A stretch of 64,000 nt of DNA from a bacterium (GCA_016789445.1 JAEUQT010000001.1:131603-195602); one strand, 5' to 3'; counted from the stretch's first letter, positions 50,626 through 59,645 are shown. Program-made: numbers and translations. The notes: a model not told the origin generated them from the letters alone.

Positions 50626-50961
50626 TTATGCGAAATACGCCATGATCGCATCGATGTCGGCCGCGATCGCCTTCTTGAGTTCCGCCTCGTCTTCAAATCG
50701 CTGGTCCTCGCGAATCTTCTTCTTCAATTCAATCGTCGCCTCGAGGCCATAGAGGTCATCTTCAAAATGCAGGAGATGCGCTTCAAGGAGCTTGCGGCGC
50801 GTGTCTGCATACGCAGCCGCGTGATACGGAGAACCTTTGATCGTCACGATGGCAGCATAGATTCCGGAAACCGTCTCGTCCTCGAGCGGGATATTCAGCG
50901 TCGGGAAACCGAGCGTCTTTCCGGTCCCATTGCCGTGCTGGATGATGCCTTTGAAGATCAT
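50626..50961 (-). CDS. Riboflavin kinase (RibF C-terminal domain only; no FAD synthetase domain)
   Basis: GxGxGKTLGFPTLN flavokinase motif; start probably the internal MIFKG (50959-50961). The longer ORF to 50979 abuts a family A copy. Confidence 0.7.
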   Translation of the reverse strand: MIFKGIIQHGNGTGKTLGFPTLNIPLEDETVSGIYAAIVTIKGSPYHAAAYADTRRKLLEAHLLHFEDDLYGLEATIELKKKIREDQRFEDEAELKKAIAADIDAIMAYFA

Positions 50962-50982
50962 GTGCACGCACTGTCTCATGTC

Positions 50983-51148
50983 GTCACGGATAATTCAATG
51001 AGTGTCAATATCGAGTCCCCAGGGATAATTTTGTCGCCGTCGCTCCAAAATTTCCCCGGGCCTGGCTCGCGGTCGCGCGTACTCGCGCGACATCGCTCCG
51101 CCTCGGACCAGTAAACAAAAACAGCGCTCAATGCGCTGTTTTTGATTC
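50983..51148 (+). repeat. Family A element, copy 5 (composite/degenerate), at tRNA-Ile
   Basis: GTCACGGATAAT at 50983, then a second GATAAT at 51023 with hairpin ATTTTGTCGC-CGTC-GC..CAAAAT; core TTTCCCCGGGCCTGGCTCGCG-GTCGCGCG-TACT-CGCGCGAC-ATCGCTCCGCC; partial inverted copy of the tRNA-Ile 3' end (CGGACCAG); terminator AAACAGCGCTCAATGCGCTGTTTTT. No clean direct repeat found. Confidence 0.6.
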
Positions 51149-51225
51149 TGGTCCGCCCTCTTGGATTCGAACCAAGGACCGCAAAGGTATAAGCTTTGTG
51201 CTCTAACCAACTGAGCTAAGGGCGG
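51149..51225 (-). tRNA. tRNA-Ile (anticodon TAT), CCA encoded
   Basis: Manual fold: acceptor CCGCCCT/AGGGCGG, anticodon stem CAAAG/CTTTG with loop CTTATAC, T-arm CTTGGTTCGAATCCAAG, discriminator A, then CCA. Confidence 0.7.
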
Positions 51226-51260
51226 ATGCAAGCGATTATAGGCGCGCTTCCCTGTGGACG

Positions 51261-52400
51261 CTAGCGTATGACTTTCGCGACCGCCTTCGCGACTCGTTTG
51301 TCGAACATATCCGGCAATATCTTCCCTGCAGTCGGCTTCGGCGTGAGCGCCGCAATCGCCTTCGCGGCTTTCAGTTTCATTTCTTCGGTGATGCGCGTCA
51401 CCTTATGGTCGATCGCACCGCGGAAGATTCCCGGAAAGACGAGCGAATTGTTGAGCTGATTCGGGAAATCACTGCGTCCGGTTGCAATAACTGCCGCTCC
51501 ACCCTTCTTCGCTTCGTCCGGCATGATTTCAGGAATCGGATTCGCGAGCGCGAAGACGATCGCGCCCTTCTTCATGAGTTTGATATCTTTTGCTGTTGCG
51601 AGCCCAGGACCGGAAACACCGATGAGTACATCCGCACCGATGAGCGCATCCTGCAAGTTTCCGGCAAGATTCTCCGGATTCGTAAACCCCGCAAGCTCCA
51701 TCTTCTGGCGAGAAAGATCTTCGCGATGCACGCCGATGAGACCCTTGCTATCGAGGATGAGGATGTGTTTTGCACCCGCAGCACGCAAGAGATACGTGAC
51801 CGCCGCACCTGCGGCCCCTGCCCCGCTCACCACGATGCGTACATCTGACATCTTCTTCTTCACGACTTTCAGTGCATTGATGAGCCCCGCAAGGACGACG
51901 ATCGCGGTCCCGTGCTGATCATCGTGCATGACCGGTACATTCAATCGCTCGATGATACGTCGTTCGATATCGAAACACTTCGGCGCGGCGATGTCTTCCA
52001 AGTTTATGCCGCCGAACGCCGGCGCGATGCGCACCACTGTTTCTACGATCTCATCCGGCTCCTGTGTGTCCAGAACGATCGGCACCGCATCGAGATCGGC
52101 GAAGGTCTTGAAAAGAGCAGCTTTCCCTTCCATGACCGGCAACGCGCCAAGTGCGCCGATATTACCCAAACCGAGAACCGCGGAGCCATCCGAGATAACA
52201 GCGACCGTCCGGCCTTTCATGGTGTACTCGCGGGCCTTCTCTTTATTCTTCGCAACGAAGGTAGAGACCGCTCCCACTCCCGGCGTATAGACGAGCGAGA
52301 GATCGATGCGGTTCTTGATGGGTTTTGCCGGCACAATACGAAGCTTGCCGCCTAATTTCTTGTGGAGCGCGAGGGCTTTCTTGGAGACGTCTTTTGCCAT
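51261..52400 (-). CDS. NAD(P)-dependent malic enzyme (short MaeB/YtsJ-type)
   Basis: Malic enzyme N-terminal and NAD-binding domains (VYTPGVG, GAGAAG Rossmann). Confidence 0.8.
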   Translation of the reverse strand: MAKDVSKKALALHKKLGGKLRIVPAKPIKNRIDLSLVYTPGVGAVSTFVAKNKEKAREYTMKGRTVAVISDGSAVLGLGNIGALGALPVMEGKAALFKTFADLDAVPIVLDTQEPDEIVETVVRIAPAFGGINLEDIAAPKCFDIERRIIERLNVPVMHDDQHGTAIVVLAGLINALKVVKKKMSDVRIVVSGAGAAGAAVTYLLRAAGAKHILILDSKGLIGVHREDLSRQKMELAGFTNPENLAGNLQDALIGADVLIGVSGPGLATAKDIKLMKKGAIVFALANPIPEIMPDEAKKGGAAVIATGRSDFPNQLNNSLVFPGIFRGAIDHKVTRITEEMKLKAAKAIAALTPKPTAGKILPDMFDKRVAKAVAKVIR

Positions 52401-52495
52401 ATCAGCGGGAGTATAGCACCCGGTCTCCAGCGCTTGCTATTCCCTCCCAGAAGTGGATACTGGGCTTTTAGTGTGCTCTTACAAAGGAGGAATTA

Positions 52496-53722
52496 ATGGC
52501 ACCTCGTAGAGCGACCGCACCTGCGGCTCGCACGAAGCCGAAACTGAGGCGTAACCACGAGCTTCTGCCGTGGTACGACCAGGAAGTGCTGCGCATGTGC
52601 GCAGAGTTCGGCGGAATCTTCAACGCACACGCACATCTTGACCGTGCGCATACGCTTGAAGATACGTACTTGCGACACATCGGCACCACGCCGCTTGAAG
52701 CAAGCAGCCTCCCCCTCTCGGTGAAGCAGAATCTCGTCGGTGACCTCCACAAAGGACCCGCCTATACGAGAGAGAATCTCACCAAACGGATGAGTTACGC
52801 GATCGACCTTCAGATCGCGTATGGCGTTACGCGGCTCGATACCAATATCGACGCAACGCCTGATCTTCCGGATGATGGCCTGCTCGCTATCAACGTCGCC
52901 CTTGAGCTGAAGAAGAAGTACGCAGCGCAAGGATTCGATCTTCGCATCGCGCCGACACCCATCTTCGGGTTCAAGCACGATGAAAACGATCGACTGAGCC
53001 GATGGGAGGTCTTCGCGAAGGCAGCCGAGAAGTGCGATTACCTCTCGTTGCTGCCGGAAAAGGACGACTACCCCAAAGGAAGCAATCCTGACGGGAAAGT
53101 CGGTTTCAAGCGACACATTCGCATGGGAATGGAGCTTGCCTGCAAGCTCGGCAAGGAGGTGCAGTTCCACCTCGACCAGATGAATGTTCCCGGCGAATGC
53201 GGCACCGAGCGATTGCTCGATGTCCTCGAAGTACTGGACATGCCGTTCGTCTCCGGCCAGAAATTGCCGGCACCGACGGTCTGGATCATTCACATGATCT
53301 CGCCGTCGGCATACGACGAACTGCGGTTCGCACGCCTCATTGACCGCCTCTTGGAATTCCATGTGGGCGTCATCGTCTGCCCCAGTGCCGCGCTCTCGAT
53401 GCGTCAGCTTCGTTCTATCGAAGCCCCGACGCACAACTCGATCGCACGCGTTCTGGAGCTGGTGAAGCGCAGGGTCCCGATCCGACTTGGTACCGACAAC
53501 ATCGCAGATGTCTTCGTCCCGCAAGGCGACGGCGACATGCTTACCGAGATCAAGATAGGCGGCGTGGGCCTTCGGCTCAATCCTCCATCGATCTGGGCGA
53601 AGCTCGCGAGCGGCAAAGCGCCGAACAATGTCGATATCAACGGCGTCGGACGGATCCTCCACGAGGAACGCAAGGCCAACAGCAACGTCGGGCCTCCCGG
53701 CTGGAAACCAGCCGTCGAATAG
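52496..53722 (+). CDS. Amidohydrolase superfamily protein (cytosine deaminase-like metallo-dependent hydrolase)
   Basis: N-terminal H-x-H metal motif (NAHAHLD) and TIM-barrel-like length/periodicity with downstream His/Asp residues. Confidence 0.5.
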   Translation: MAPRRATAPAARTKPKLRRNHELLPWYDQEVLRMCAEFGGIFNAHAHLDRAHTLEDTYLRHIGTTPLEASSLPLSVKQNLVGDLHKGPAYTRENLTKRMSYAIDLQIAYGVTRLDTNIDATPDLPDDGLLAINVALELKKKYAAQGFDLRIAPTPIFGFKHDENDRLSRWEVFAKAAEKCDYLSLLPEKDDYPKGSNPDGKVGFKRHIRMGMELACKLGKEVQFHLDQMNVPGECGTERLLDVLEVLDMPFVSGQKLPAPTVWIIHMISPSAYDELRFARLIDRLLEFHVGVIVCPSAALSMRQLRSIEAPTHNSIARVLELVKRRVPIRLGTDNIADVFVPQGDGDMLTEIKIGGVGLRLNPPSIWAKLASGKAPNNVDINGVGRILHEERKANSNVGPPGWKPAVE

Positions 53723-53732
53723 TCGCAAAAAA

Positions 53733-53768
53733 GCCGCGGCGCACATGCGCCGCGGCTATTCTTTATTG
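53733..53768. terminator. Bidirectional terminator between convergent amidohydrolase and ftsH genes
   Basis: AGCCGCGGCGCACATGCGCCGCGGCT hairpin flanked by A-run and T-run. Confidence 0.55.
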
Positions 53769-53778
53769 GCTTTTTTTG

Positions 53779-55707
53779 TTAGACGAGCGGCGCGTGCTCG
53801 ATGTCCTCCTTCTTCTTCGGCACGATGCCGTTGGCGATGAGAATCTTCTCGAATTCATCGCGCTCAAGGTTTTCTACTTCGACGAGCGCTGCGGCAATCG
53901 CATCGAGTGCCTTGCGATGCTTCTTGATGACGTCTTCCGCGCGCTTATACGCACCCATCACGATCTCCTTCACTTCATCGTCGATCTTCGCGGAGACATC
54001 CTGCGAGAGCTCGCCCGGTTCGATACCGGCACCGAAGAGCGTGCGGCCCGGCGCCATTTCAAGCGCCATCGGTCCCATCTTTTCGGACATGCCGTACTTC
54101 GTGACCATATCGCGCGCAAGCGCGGTCAAGACCTGCAAGTCGTTCGATGCACCGGTCGTGATGTCGCCATACACCTCCTTCTCGGCGATGTAACCGCCAA
54201 GGGAGACTGCGATGTCATCGAGGAACTCGAGCTTGGACTGCATGCGGCGATCTTCGAGCGGAAGCTTCAACGTGTACCCTGCTGCGCGACCGCGGGAGAT
54301 GATCGAGACCTTGTGGACCGGATCTGCGTACTTGAGGATGGATGCGATGATCGCATGACCCGCCTCGTGATACGCCGTGATCTCCTTCTCCTTCTTGTTG
54401 AGGACATGCGAGCGGCGCTCAGGTCCGAGCATGACCTTCTCGATCGAACGGATGAGGTCGTACTGCGTGATTTCCGTGCGATCTTCGCGCGCCGCGAGGA
54501 TGGCACCTTCGTTCATGAGATTCGCGAGATCAGCGCCTGAGAAACCAGGAGTTCGCTCGGAGATGACACCGAGGTTCACATCCGGACCCATCGGCTTCTG
54601 GCGTGCATGGACATTGAGGATCTCCTCGCGATCACGACGGTCCGGCAGATCGATGGTGACACGGCGGTCGAAGCGACCCGGGCGAAGAAGCGCAGGGTCG
54701 AGGACATCCGGTCGGTTGGAGGCAGCCATCACGATGACTTTCTCGTTCGGCTCGAAGCCATCCATCTCGACGAGGATCTGGTTGAGGGTCTGTTCGCGCT
54801 CATCGTTACCGCCACCGACGCCCGTACCGCGGATGCGGCCGACGGCATCGATTTCATCCATGAATACGATCGCGGGAGCTGCACGCTTTGCCTGTTGGAA
54901 GAGATCACGTACACGCGATGCGCCGACACCCACGAACATCTCGACGAATTCTGAACCGGAGATCGAGAAGAACGGGACACCCGCCTCGCCGGCAACTGCA
55001 CGAGCGAGAAGCGTCTTACCGGTTCCCGGAGCACCCATGAGAAGCACACCCTTCGGGATACGCGCACCGATCTGGATGAACTTCTTCGGATTCTTCAAGA
55101 AATCGACGATCTCGGTGAGTTCGACTTTCGCTTCGCGTGCACCGGCGACGTCCTTGAACGTGACTTTCTGGCCATCATCTTCCGGCGAGACGAGGCGCGC
55201 CATCGAGCGACCGAAGGTGAATGCCTGCATGCCTGCGCCGCGCACCTGACGCGAGAGGTACCACATGATGCCGAGCAAGAGGAGGACCGGGATGAGAAGC
55301 GGGGCGAGCGTGAGCGCCCAGAAGCGGACACCACCCTGATCTTCCACCGTCACCTTCACGCTCGCGATCTCATCCGGCGTGAGGCCGTAGTTCGCGAGGG
55401 TCTCCGTAAACGACGCTTCGGTTTCCTTGCGGGATTCCTTTTCGGATTTGTCGTTGTAGGTCGCGGTGATGGTGTCCCCTGCTACCGTGAGTTCGGCAAC
55501 GATGCCCGAGCGGACATCCGCAGCGATCTGCGAGAGCGGGACCTCTTCGGTCTCCGTCATGAAATATTCGCGCACCGCACTGTAACCAGCGGAGAGCACG
55601 AGGAAGATCGCAAACGCGATCGCGAGCTGGGTCCAGATGTTCGGACCCTGCGGCAGGACGACTGGCTTCTTGCCTTTCTTCGGCTTCTCGGAGTTCTCTT
55701 CGGCCAT
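53779..55707 (-). CDS. ftsH: ATP-dependent zinc metalloprotease FtsH
   Basis: AAA+ Walker A GPPGTGKT and Walker B, SRH, HEAGHA zinc motif. Start trimmed to MAEENSEKP (ATG 55705-55707). Confidence 0.95.
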   Translation of the reverse strand: MAEENSEKPKKGKKPVVLPQGPNIWTQLAIAFAIFLVLSAGYSAVREYFMTETEEVPLSQIAADVRSGIVAELTVAGDTITATYNDKSEKESRKETEASFTETLANYGLTPDEIASVKVTVEDQGGVRFWALTLAPLLIPVLLLLGIMWYLSRQVRGAGMQAFTFGRSMARLVSPEDDGQKVTFKDVAGAREAKVELTEIVDFLKNPKKFIQIGARIPKGVLLMGAPGTGKTLLARAVAGEAGVPFFSISGSEFVEMFVGVGASRVRDLFQQAKRAAPAIVFMDEIDAVGRIRGTGVGGGNDEREQTLNQILVEMDGFEPNEKVIVMAASNRPDVLDPALLRPGRFDRRVTIDLPDRRDREEILNVHARQKPMGPDVNLGVISERTPGFSGADLANLMNEGAILAAREDRTEITQYDLIRSIEKVMLGPERRSHVLNKKEKEITAYHEAGHAIIASILKYADPVHKVSIISRGRAAGYTLKLPLEDRRMQSKLEFLDDIAVSLGGYIAEKEVYGDITTGASNDLQVLTALARDMVTKYGMSEKMGPMALEMAPGRTLFGAGIEPGELSQDVSAKIDDEVKEIVMGAYKRAEDVIKKHRKALDAIAAALVEVENLERDEFEKILIANGIVPKKKEDIEHAPLV

Positions 55708-55782
55708 GATTGGCGCATTATACATATATGGGCACTGAACGGAAGATGAAGCCAGCGGCACCATGAATGCTATAGTCTCCCC

Positions 55783-56226
55783 ATGTCTCTCATCCGGAAC
55801 GACAAAGTCGGATTCGATTACACCATCCTTGAGGAGATCGAGGCAGGTTTGGAATTACTCGGCCTTGAGGTGAAATCCCTGCGTGCCGGACAAGGTTCTC
55901 TTAAAGGAGCACGCGTCGTCGCCCGCGGCGGTGAGGCATACTTGGTAGGAGCAACGATCCCCGCTTGGCAGGTGCTCAACGCTCCGAAGACCTACGACGC
56001 CCTGCGGACCCGCAAACTCCTCCTCTCAAAGAAACAAATTGCCCATATTTCAAGCGCCGAAGGACAGGATGGCTTGACAGTAGTGCCTCTTGCGGTGTAT
56101 AATAAAGGAAGGAGATTGAAGCTCGGTATCGCCATCGCCCGCGGTAAGAAGAAGGCTGACAAACGTCAGACTATCAAGGAACGCGACACGAAACGGCAGA
56201 TCGAGAGGACATTGAAAACTAAATAG
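55783..56226 (+). CDS. smpB: SsrA-binding protein SmpB
   Basis: 147-aa full-length SmpB similarity (NKKA-like core, GxxIKSLR motif region) plus a basic C-terminal tail. Confidence 0.85.
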   Translation: MSLIRNDKVGFDYTILEEIEAGLELLGLEVKSLRAGQGSLKGARVVARGGEAYLVGATIPAWQVLNAPKTYDALRTRKLLLSKKQIAHISSAEGQDGLTVVPLAVYNKGRRLKLGIAIARGKKKADKRQTIKERDTKRQIERTLKTK

Positions 56227-56346
56227 CGACTGATTCCCTTTCAGTCCTTCCCCATGAGATATTGGTCATTTTGCAGAGTACGACAGTTACAGAAAATTCC
56301 TGACACGAAAGAACTCGGTAGCAGAACAGTAATTCGATATCTCACG

Positions 56347-56730
56347 GGGGATGATTGGCTTCGACAGGGAGATCGATGCATATACATGCATGGCGGAAGT
56401 GGGTATCTTCCCAAAAACACCCAAACTCTAAGTGCAAACAAAACTGCACGGGGGGTTCTCTCGCCTATTCAGGTGAAGGACCTCGGCTTTGCTTTCGCGT
56501 AAGCCAAGGCAACCGTTCGTTCAGAGGTCTCCAATACTCTGATGCGAGCGTCATATCATTGGATACGGCTTCCCTATCACACCGTAGGTTAGTCTAAAGA
56601 AAGAGTGTCCGACGCGAAGCGATCTTGTGCGTTCCATACTCTCCGCGTTCAAAACCTTTGAACGCCCTACGCCTTGTAGATGTGTGTATGCGTTTCTCTT
56701 TGCACCGCGGTTCGATTCCGCGCATCTCCA
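56347..56730 (+). ncRNA. ssrA: tmRNA (ssrA), standard one-piece
   Basis: Directly downstream of smpB. 5' end GGGGATGATTGGCTTCGACAGGG matches the tmRNA 5' consensus. The acceptor stem GGGGATG/CATCTCC has a G3-U wobble (Ala identity). 3' T-arm CGCGGTTCGATTCCGCG plus discriminator A. Candidate tag frame from GCA 56434 to TAA 56500-56502 (...VKDLGFAFA). Terminator hairpin GCAAGCCGCC...GGCGGCTTTTGC at 56739-56766. Confidence 0.8.
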
Positions 56731-56743
56731 CAGCCAATGCAAG

Positions 56744-56912
56744 CCGCCTTCCAGGCGGCTTTTGCATTTGCATTGCGACGGTGGAGATGAAGAAAGCGCC
56801 TGCGCGCTTTCTGCGGGGGTCTCGAAAGGCGGAGCGCTGTTCCGACAGCAGGCGGAACCGCGAGCCGGGGTCGCGGAAATTCAAAGGCGACGGCGTTTGA
56901 ATTATCTGTGAC
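56744..56912 (-). repeat. Family A element, copy 7 (inverted orientation), at tmRNA gene 3' end
   Basis: Reverse complement reads GTCACAGATAAT, hairpin (TTCAAACGCC-GTC-GCCTTTGAA), TTTCCGCGACCCCGGCTCGCG-GTTCCG-CCTGCTGT-CGGAAC-AGCGCTCCGCC, T-arm-like TTTCGAGACCCCCGC, a hairpin, then TCATCTCCAC (copy of the tmRNA 3' acceptor strand). Direct repeat CGATTCCGC (56713-56721 and 56913-56921) equals the tmRNA T-loop from nt 56. Confidence 0.75.
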
Positions 56913-56972
56913 CGATTCCGCCGCCGATATTCCTTCATGCAACCTTATGTGTTTTGATACGTCCACTGAGAT

Positions 56973-58298
56973 ATGCCGAAGCGATACTGGTGGAAGGATG
57001 CGAAGATATACGAGCTCTACGTCGATCGCTTCGCGGGGAATTTCCAGAACCTGACGGCACAATTGGATTACCTGGAGCGTCTTGGCATCAACGCACTCCA
57101 CATCCTCCCCCACTACCCGTCGCCCATGGCCGATGGCGGCTATGACGTGATGGAATATCTCAACGTCCGGCCGGAACTCGGCACGATCGAGGATTTCGAT
57201 ACCTTCCTCAAAGAAGCGCACCGCCGCGATATCAAAGTCATCATCGACTTCGTCCTCAATCACGTCTCAGAACATCATCCTTGGTTCTTGGAGGCGCGAT
57301 CATCGAAAGACAACAACAAGCGCGATTACTTTTTATGGAGCGAGAGCGGACACGAACTCGCCCTCGGTTGGAATGCCTTCCCCGACATCAAGCCTGGCAA
57401 TTGGATATTCAACGAAGAGACGCAGGACTACTACTATGCGACCTTCTATCCGCAGCAGCCGGATCTGAATTGGGACAATCCGGAAGTCTTCGCAAGCATG
57501 ATGCAGAACATGGATTTCTGGGCCGGCCGCGGCGTGGACGGCTTCCGCTTGGACGCAGCGGTGACGCTCATCAAACGAGACGGCACGCTCTCGAAAGGAT
57601 TGCCGGAAACGCACCAGCTCATCAAACGCATCCGCAAACACTTGGACACGAAATTCGGCGGCGAGATCGTCCTTCTTGCTGAAGCGCATCAGCACGTCAA
57701 AGAGATGAAGACGTATTTCGGGGACGGCGACGAATGCCATCTCGTGTACCATTTCTCACTCACCGAGCAGCTCTTCCTCGCTCTTATGCGCAATGATCGC
57801 ACCGAACTCGATGCGATGCTTGAGGAATCACGCGACATCCCGGAGAACTGCCAGTGGGCGATCTTTCTGCGCAATCACGACGAACTCTCGCTCGCGACAC
57901 TCGCCCCTGAAGTACGCACCGAGCTCATCACCTATCTTGATCCGAAGAGCGAATATCTTTTCAATGGCGGCGCAGCGACCGCCAAGAGGTTGGGCAGCAT
58001 GTTCGACGAAGCGAAGCTGCGCGAAGCGATTTCTCTCCTCTACTCGCTTCCGGGGGCGCCTATCATGTACTACGGCGACGAGATCGGCATGCAGAATCTT
58101 CCACGTACGGAAGGCGTGATCGACAGCCGCGTGTACGTCCGCGGTGAATTCGATTGGCTTGAGGCCGGGCTGCAGCGCAGTGATCCTGATTCCCTCTACA
58201 ACTTCACGAAGGGTGTCATCCGTAAATCACTCTGGCCATATAAGCGGGATTTCAATTCACCTCCCCCAGAAGAGGGATCGCCAAGCGACGACGAGTAG
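56973..58298 (+). CDS. GH13 alpha-amylase family protein (trehalose synthase/amylosucrase-like)
   Basis: GH13 motifs: DFVLNHVS (region I), GVDGFRLDAA (region II, catalytic Asp), EAHQ (region III Glu), FLRNHDE (region IV). The N-terminus WKDAKIYELYVDRFAG resembles TreS. Confidence 0.7.
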   Translation: MPKRYWWKDAKIYELYVDRFAGNFQNLTAQLDYLERLGINALHILPHYPSPMADGGYDVMEYLNVRPELGTIEDFDTFLKEAHRRDIKVIIDFVLNHVSEHHPWFLEARSSKDNNKRDYFLWSESGHELALGWNAFPDIKPGNWIFNEETQDYYYATFYPQQPDLNWDNPEVFASMMQNMDFWAGRGVDGFRLDAAVTLIKRDGTLSKGLPETHQLIKRIRKHLDTKFGGEIVLLAEAHQHVKEMKTYFGDGDECHLVYHFSLTEQLFLALMRNDRTELDAMLEESRDIPENCQWAIFLRNHDELSLATLAPEVRTELITYLDPKSEYLFNGGAATAKRLGSMFDEAKLREAISLLYSLPGAPIMYYGDEIGMQNLPRTEGVIDSRVYVRGEFDWLEAGLQRSDPDSLYNFTKGVIRKSLWPYKRDFNSPPPEEGSPSDDE

Positions 58299-59556
58299 TC
58301 TCACCTTTGAAGAGTTGCCGCGTCCGCTCCGGCATGTCTCCTCGCTCGCCAAGATGCGCGCCGAATTTCATCGCCTGGAAACTCGAACCGAGGAAGACTG
58401 CGTGTTTACCGTATCGTTCCGATATCGCATCCACGCTCTCGAACACCATCTTCAATCCTTGGGATTCTTCCACTTTGCCGAAAAGATCGAGCTGAAGACT
58501 GTCCGCGGGGCGCAGCTGCGCGAGGGTCACGCCGCTCGCACGATACAGCTTCCCGTTCTCGAAAACCTGCGGGAAGAATTTAGCGACCTCGCGCAGGACA
58601 TCCTGCGGGACATTCGTGGGGTGCGGGAGCTTCACTTCGATACCGTGGTATCTGAAATCCTGTGTCTTGAGAAAGAAGAACACGCGATCACTCGCGAGAT
58701 TCCATCGGCGCGCCTTGATGCACGCATTCTCGACATTTTTGGAGAGCTGACTGAAGATAAACTTCGCATCGCGCAATGGTGGCGTGAAGGTCTTGGTCTT
58801 CTGGATGCTCTGGTAGCTGGTCTTCTTTTCCGTCGTGAGTGGATAGATGGCTTCGCCATTGAGCTCCCGCCAGATCTCCTGCACCGGCTTCGAAACTTTC
58901 GCACGCACCCATGGTTCGTTCTTGCGCGCAAAATCGAGCGCGCTCTGAATACCGAACTTATTGAGATACGCCGCAGTGTTTGGCCCGATCCCCCATACAT
59001 TCCCTACCGGCAGCTTTCCGAGAAATTTTGATGCGTCGCTGAGCGGTATCGAGGTGAGACCATCAGGCTTCTTCCATTTCGAACCGACCTTCGCCAGGAC
59101 TTTCGTCGCCGAGAGACCCACACTGAACGTGATGCCGAGCTTCACCTGCAGCTCCTGCTTAATGGAATGCGCCATGTCGTGGTAGTTCATCCGATTCACG
59201 CGGCGCATACCGGTGAGGTCCGCGAAGCATTCATCAATGGAATACTCCTCGACGGCAGGCGTGTAGCGACGCACGATCTCGTACATACGCTCTGAATATA
59301 GACTGTAGGTCTCGTAATCCGACGGCAGCACGATCGCATCTGGGCACGCTTCAAGAGCTTCGCTTAATTTGACCCCGCGCTTCACGCCGCGACGCTTCGC
59401 CTCGTAGGTGCACGCAGAGACGATGCCGCGCTCTTTGCCGGTGATGACCGGCTTACCGCGCAGCTTTGGATTCTTTGCCACTTCGACTGCAGCAAAGAAA
59501 GAGTCACCATCCACGTGCAGGATGGCTCTGGGATACGAGTATGACTTACCCCACAT
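58252..59556 (-). CDS. dinB: DNA polymerase IV (Y-family translesion polymerase DinB)
   Basis: ILHVDGDSFFAAVE palm motif, Y-family fingers and little-finger regions; 434 aa. Confidence 0.85.
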   Translation of the reverse strand: MWGKSYSYPRAILHVDGDSFFAAVEVAKNPKLRGKPVITGKERGIVSACTYEAKRRGVKRGVKLSEALEACPDAIVLPSDYETYSLYSERMYEIVRRYTPAVEEYSIDECFADLTGMRRVNRMNYHDMAHSIKQELQVKLGITFSVGLSATKVLAKVGSKWKKPDGLTSIPLSDASKFLGKLPVGNVWGIGPNTAAYLNKFGIQSALDFARKNEPWVRAKVSKPVQEIWRELNGEAIYPLTTEKKTSYQSIQKTKTFTPPLRDAKFIFSQLSKNVENACIKARRWNLASDRVFFFLKTQDFRYHGIEVKLPHPTNVPQDVLREVAKFFPQVFENGKLYRASGVTLAQLRPADSLQLDLFGKVEESQGLKMVFESVDAISERYGKHAVFLGSSFQAMKFGAHLGERGDMPERTRQLFKGETTRRRLAIPLLGEVN

Positions 59557-59576
59557 AGGCCATGTACGTCCGGACT

Positions 59577-59645
59577 GTCACGGATAATTTTCTGCTGAAA
59601 ATTTCCGCAACCCCGCCTCGACACCTAAAGTGTCTCCGGCCTTGC
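59577..59645 (+). repeat. Family A element, copy 6 (orphan partial copy, no adjacent tRNA)
   Basis: GTCACGGATAATTTTCTGCTGAAAATTTCCGCAACCCCGCCTCGACACCTAAAGTGTC, nearly identical to the first 60 nt of copy 4. Lies in the intergenic gap between the dinB start and the mazF-like gene. Confidence 0.65.

Noticed and set aside
50962-50982. Direct duplication of the tRNA-Ile 3' end preceding family A copy 5
   Set aside because: No match to TGGTCCGCCCTCTTGGATTCG was found before 50983; this copy lacks the clean target duplication seen in copies 1-4 and 7.
56701-56800. Apparent circularly permuted (two-piece) tmRNA: T-arm plus 3' acceptor strand CATCTCC followed about 50 nt downstream by GGTGGAGATG
   Set aside because: The downstream GGAGATG belongs to the inverted family A element (inverted mimic of the host 3' end, as at every other copy). 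A proper 5' acceptor strand GGGGATG with tmRNA 5' consensus lies 384 nt upstream (56347), giving a normal one-piece tmRNA.
59556-59580. LexA/Cheo box upstream of dinB
   Set aside because: No GAAC-N4-GTTC palindrome is present in the dinB upstream region; only the lexA-proximal site at 60800-60815 is supported.
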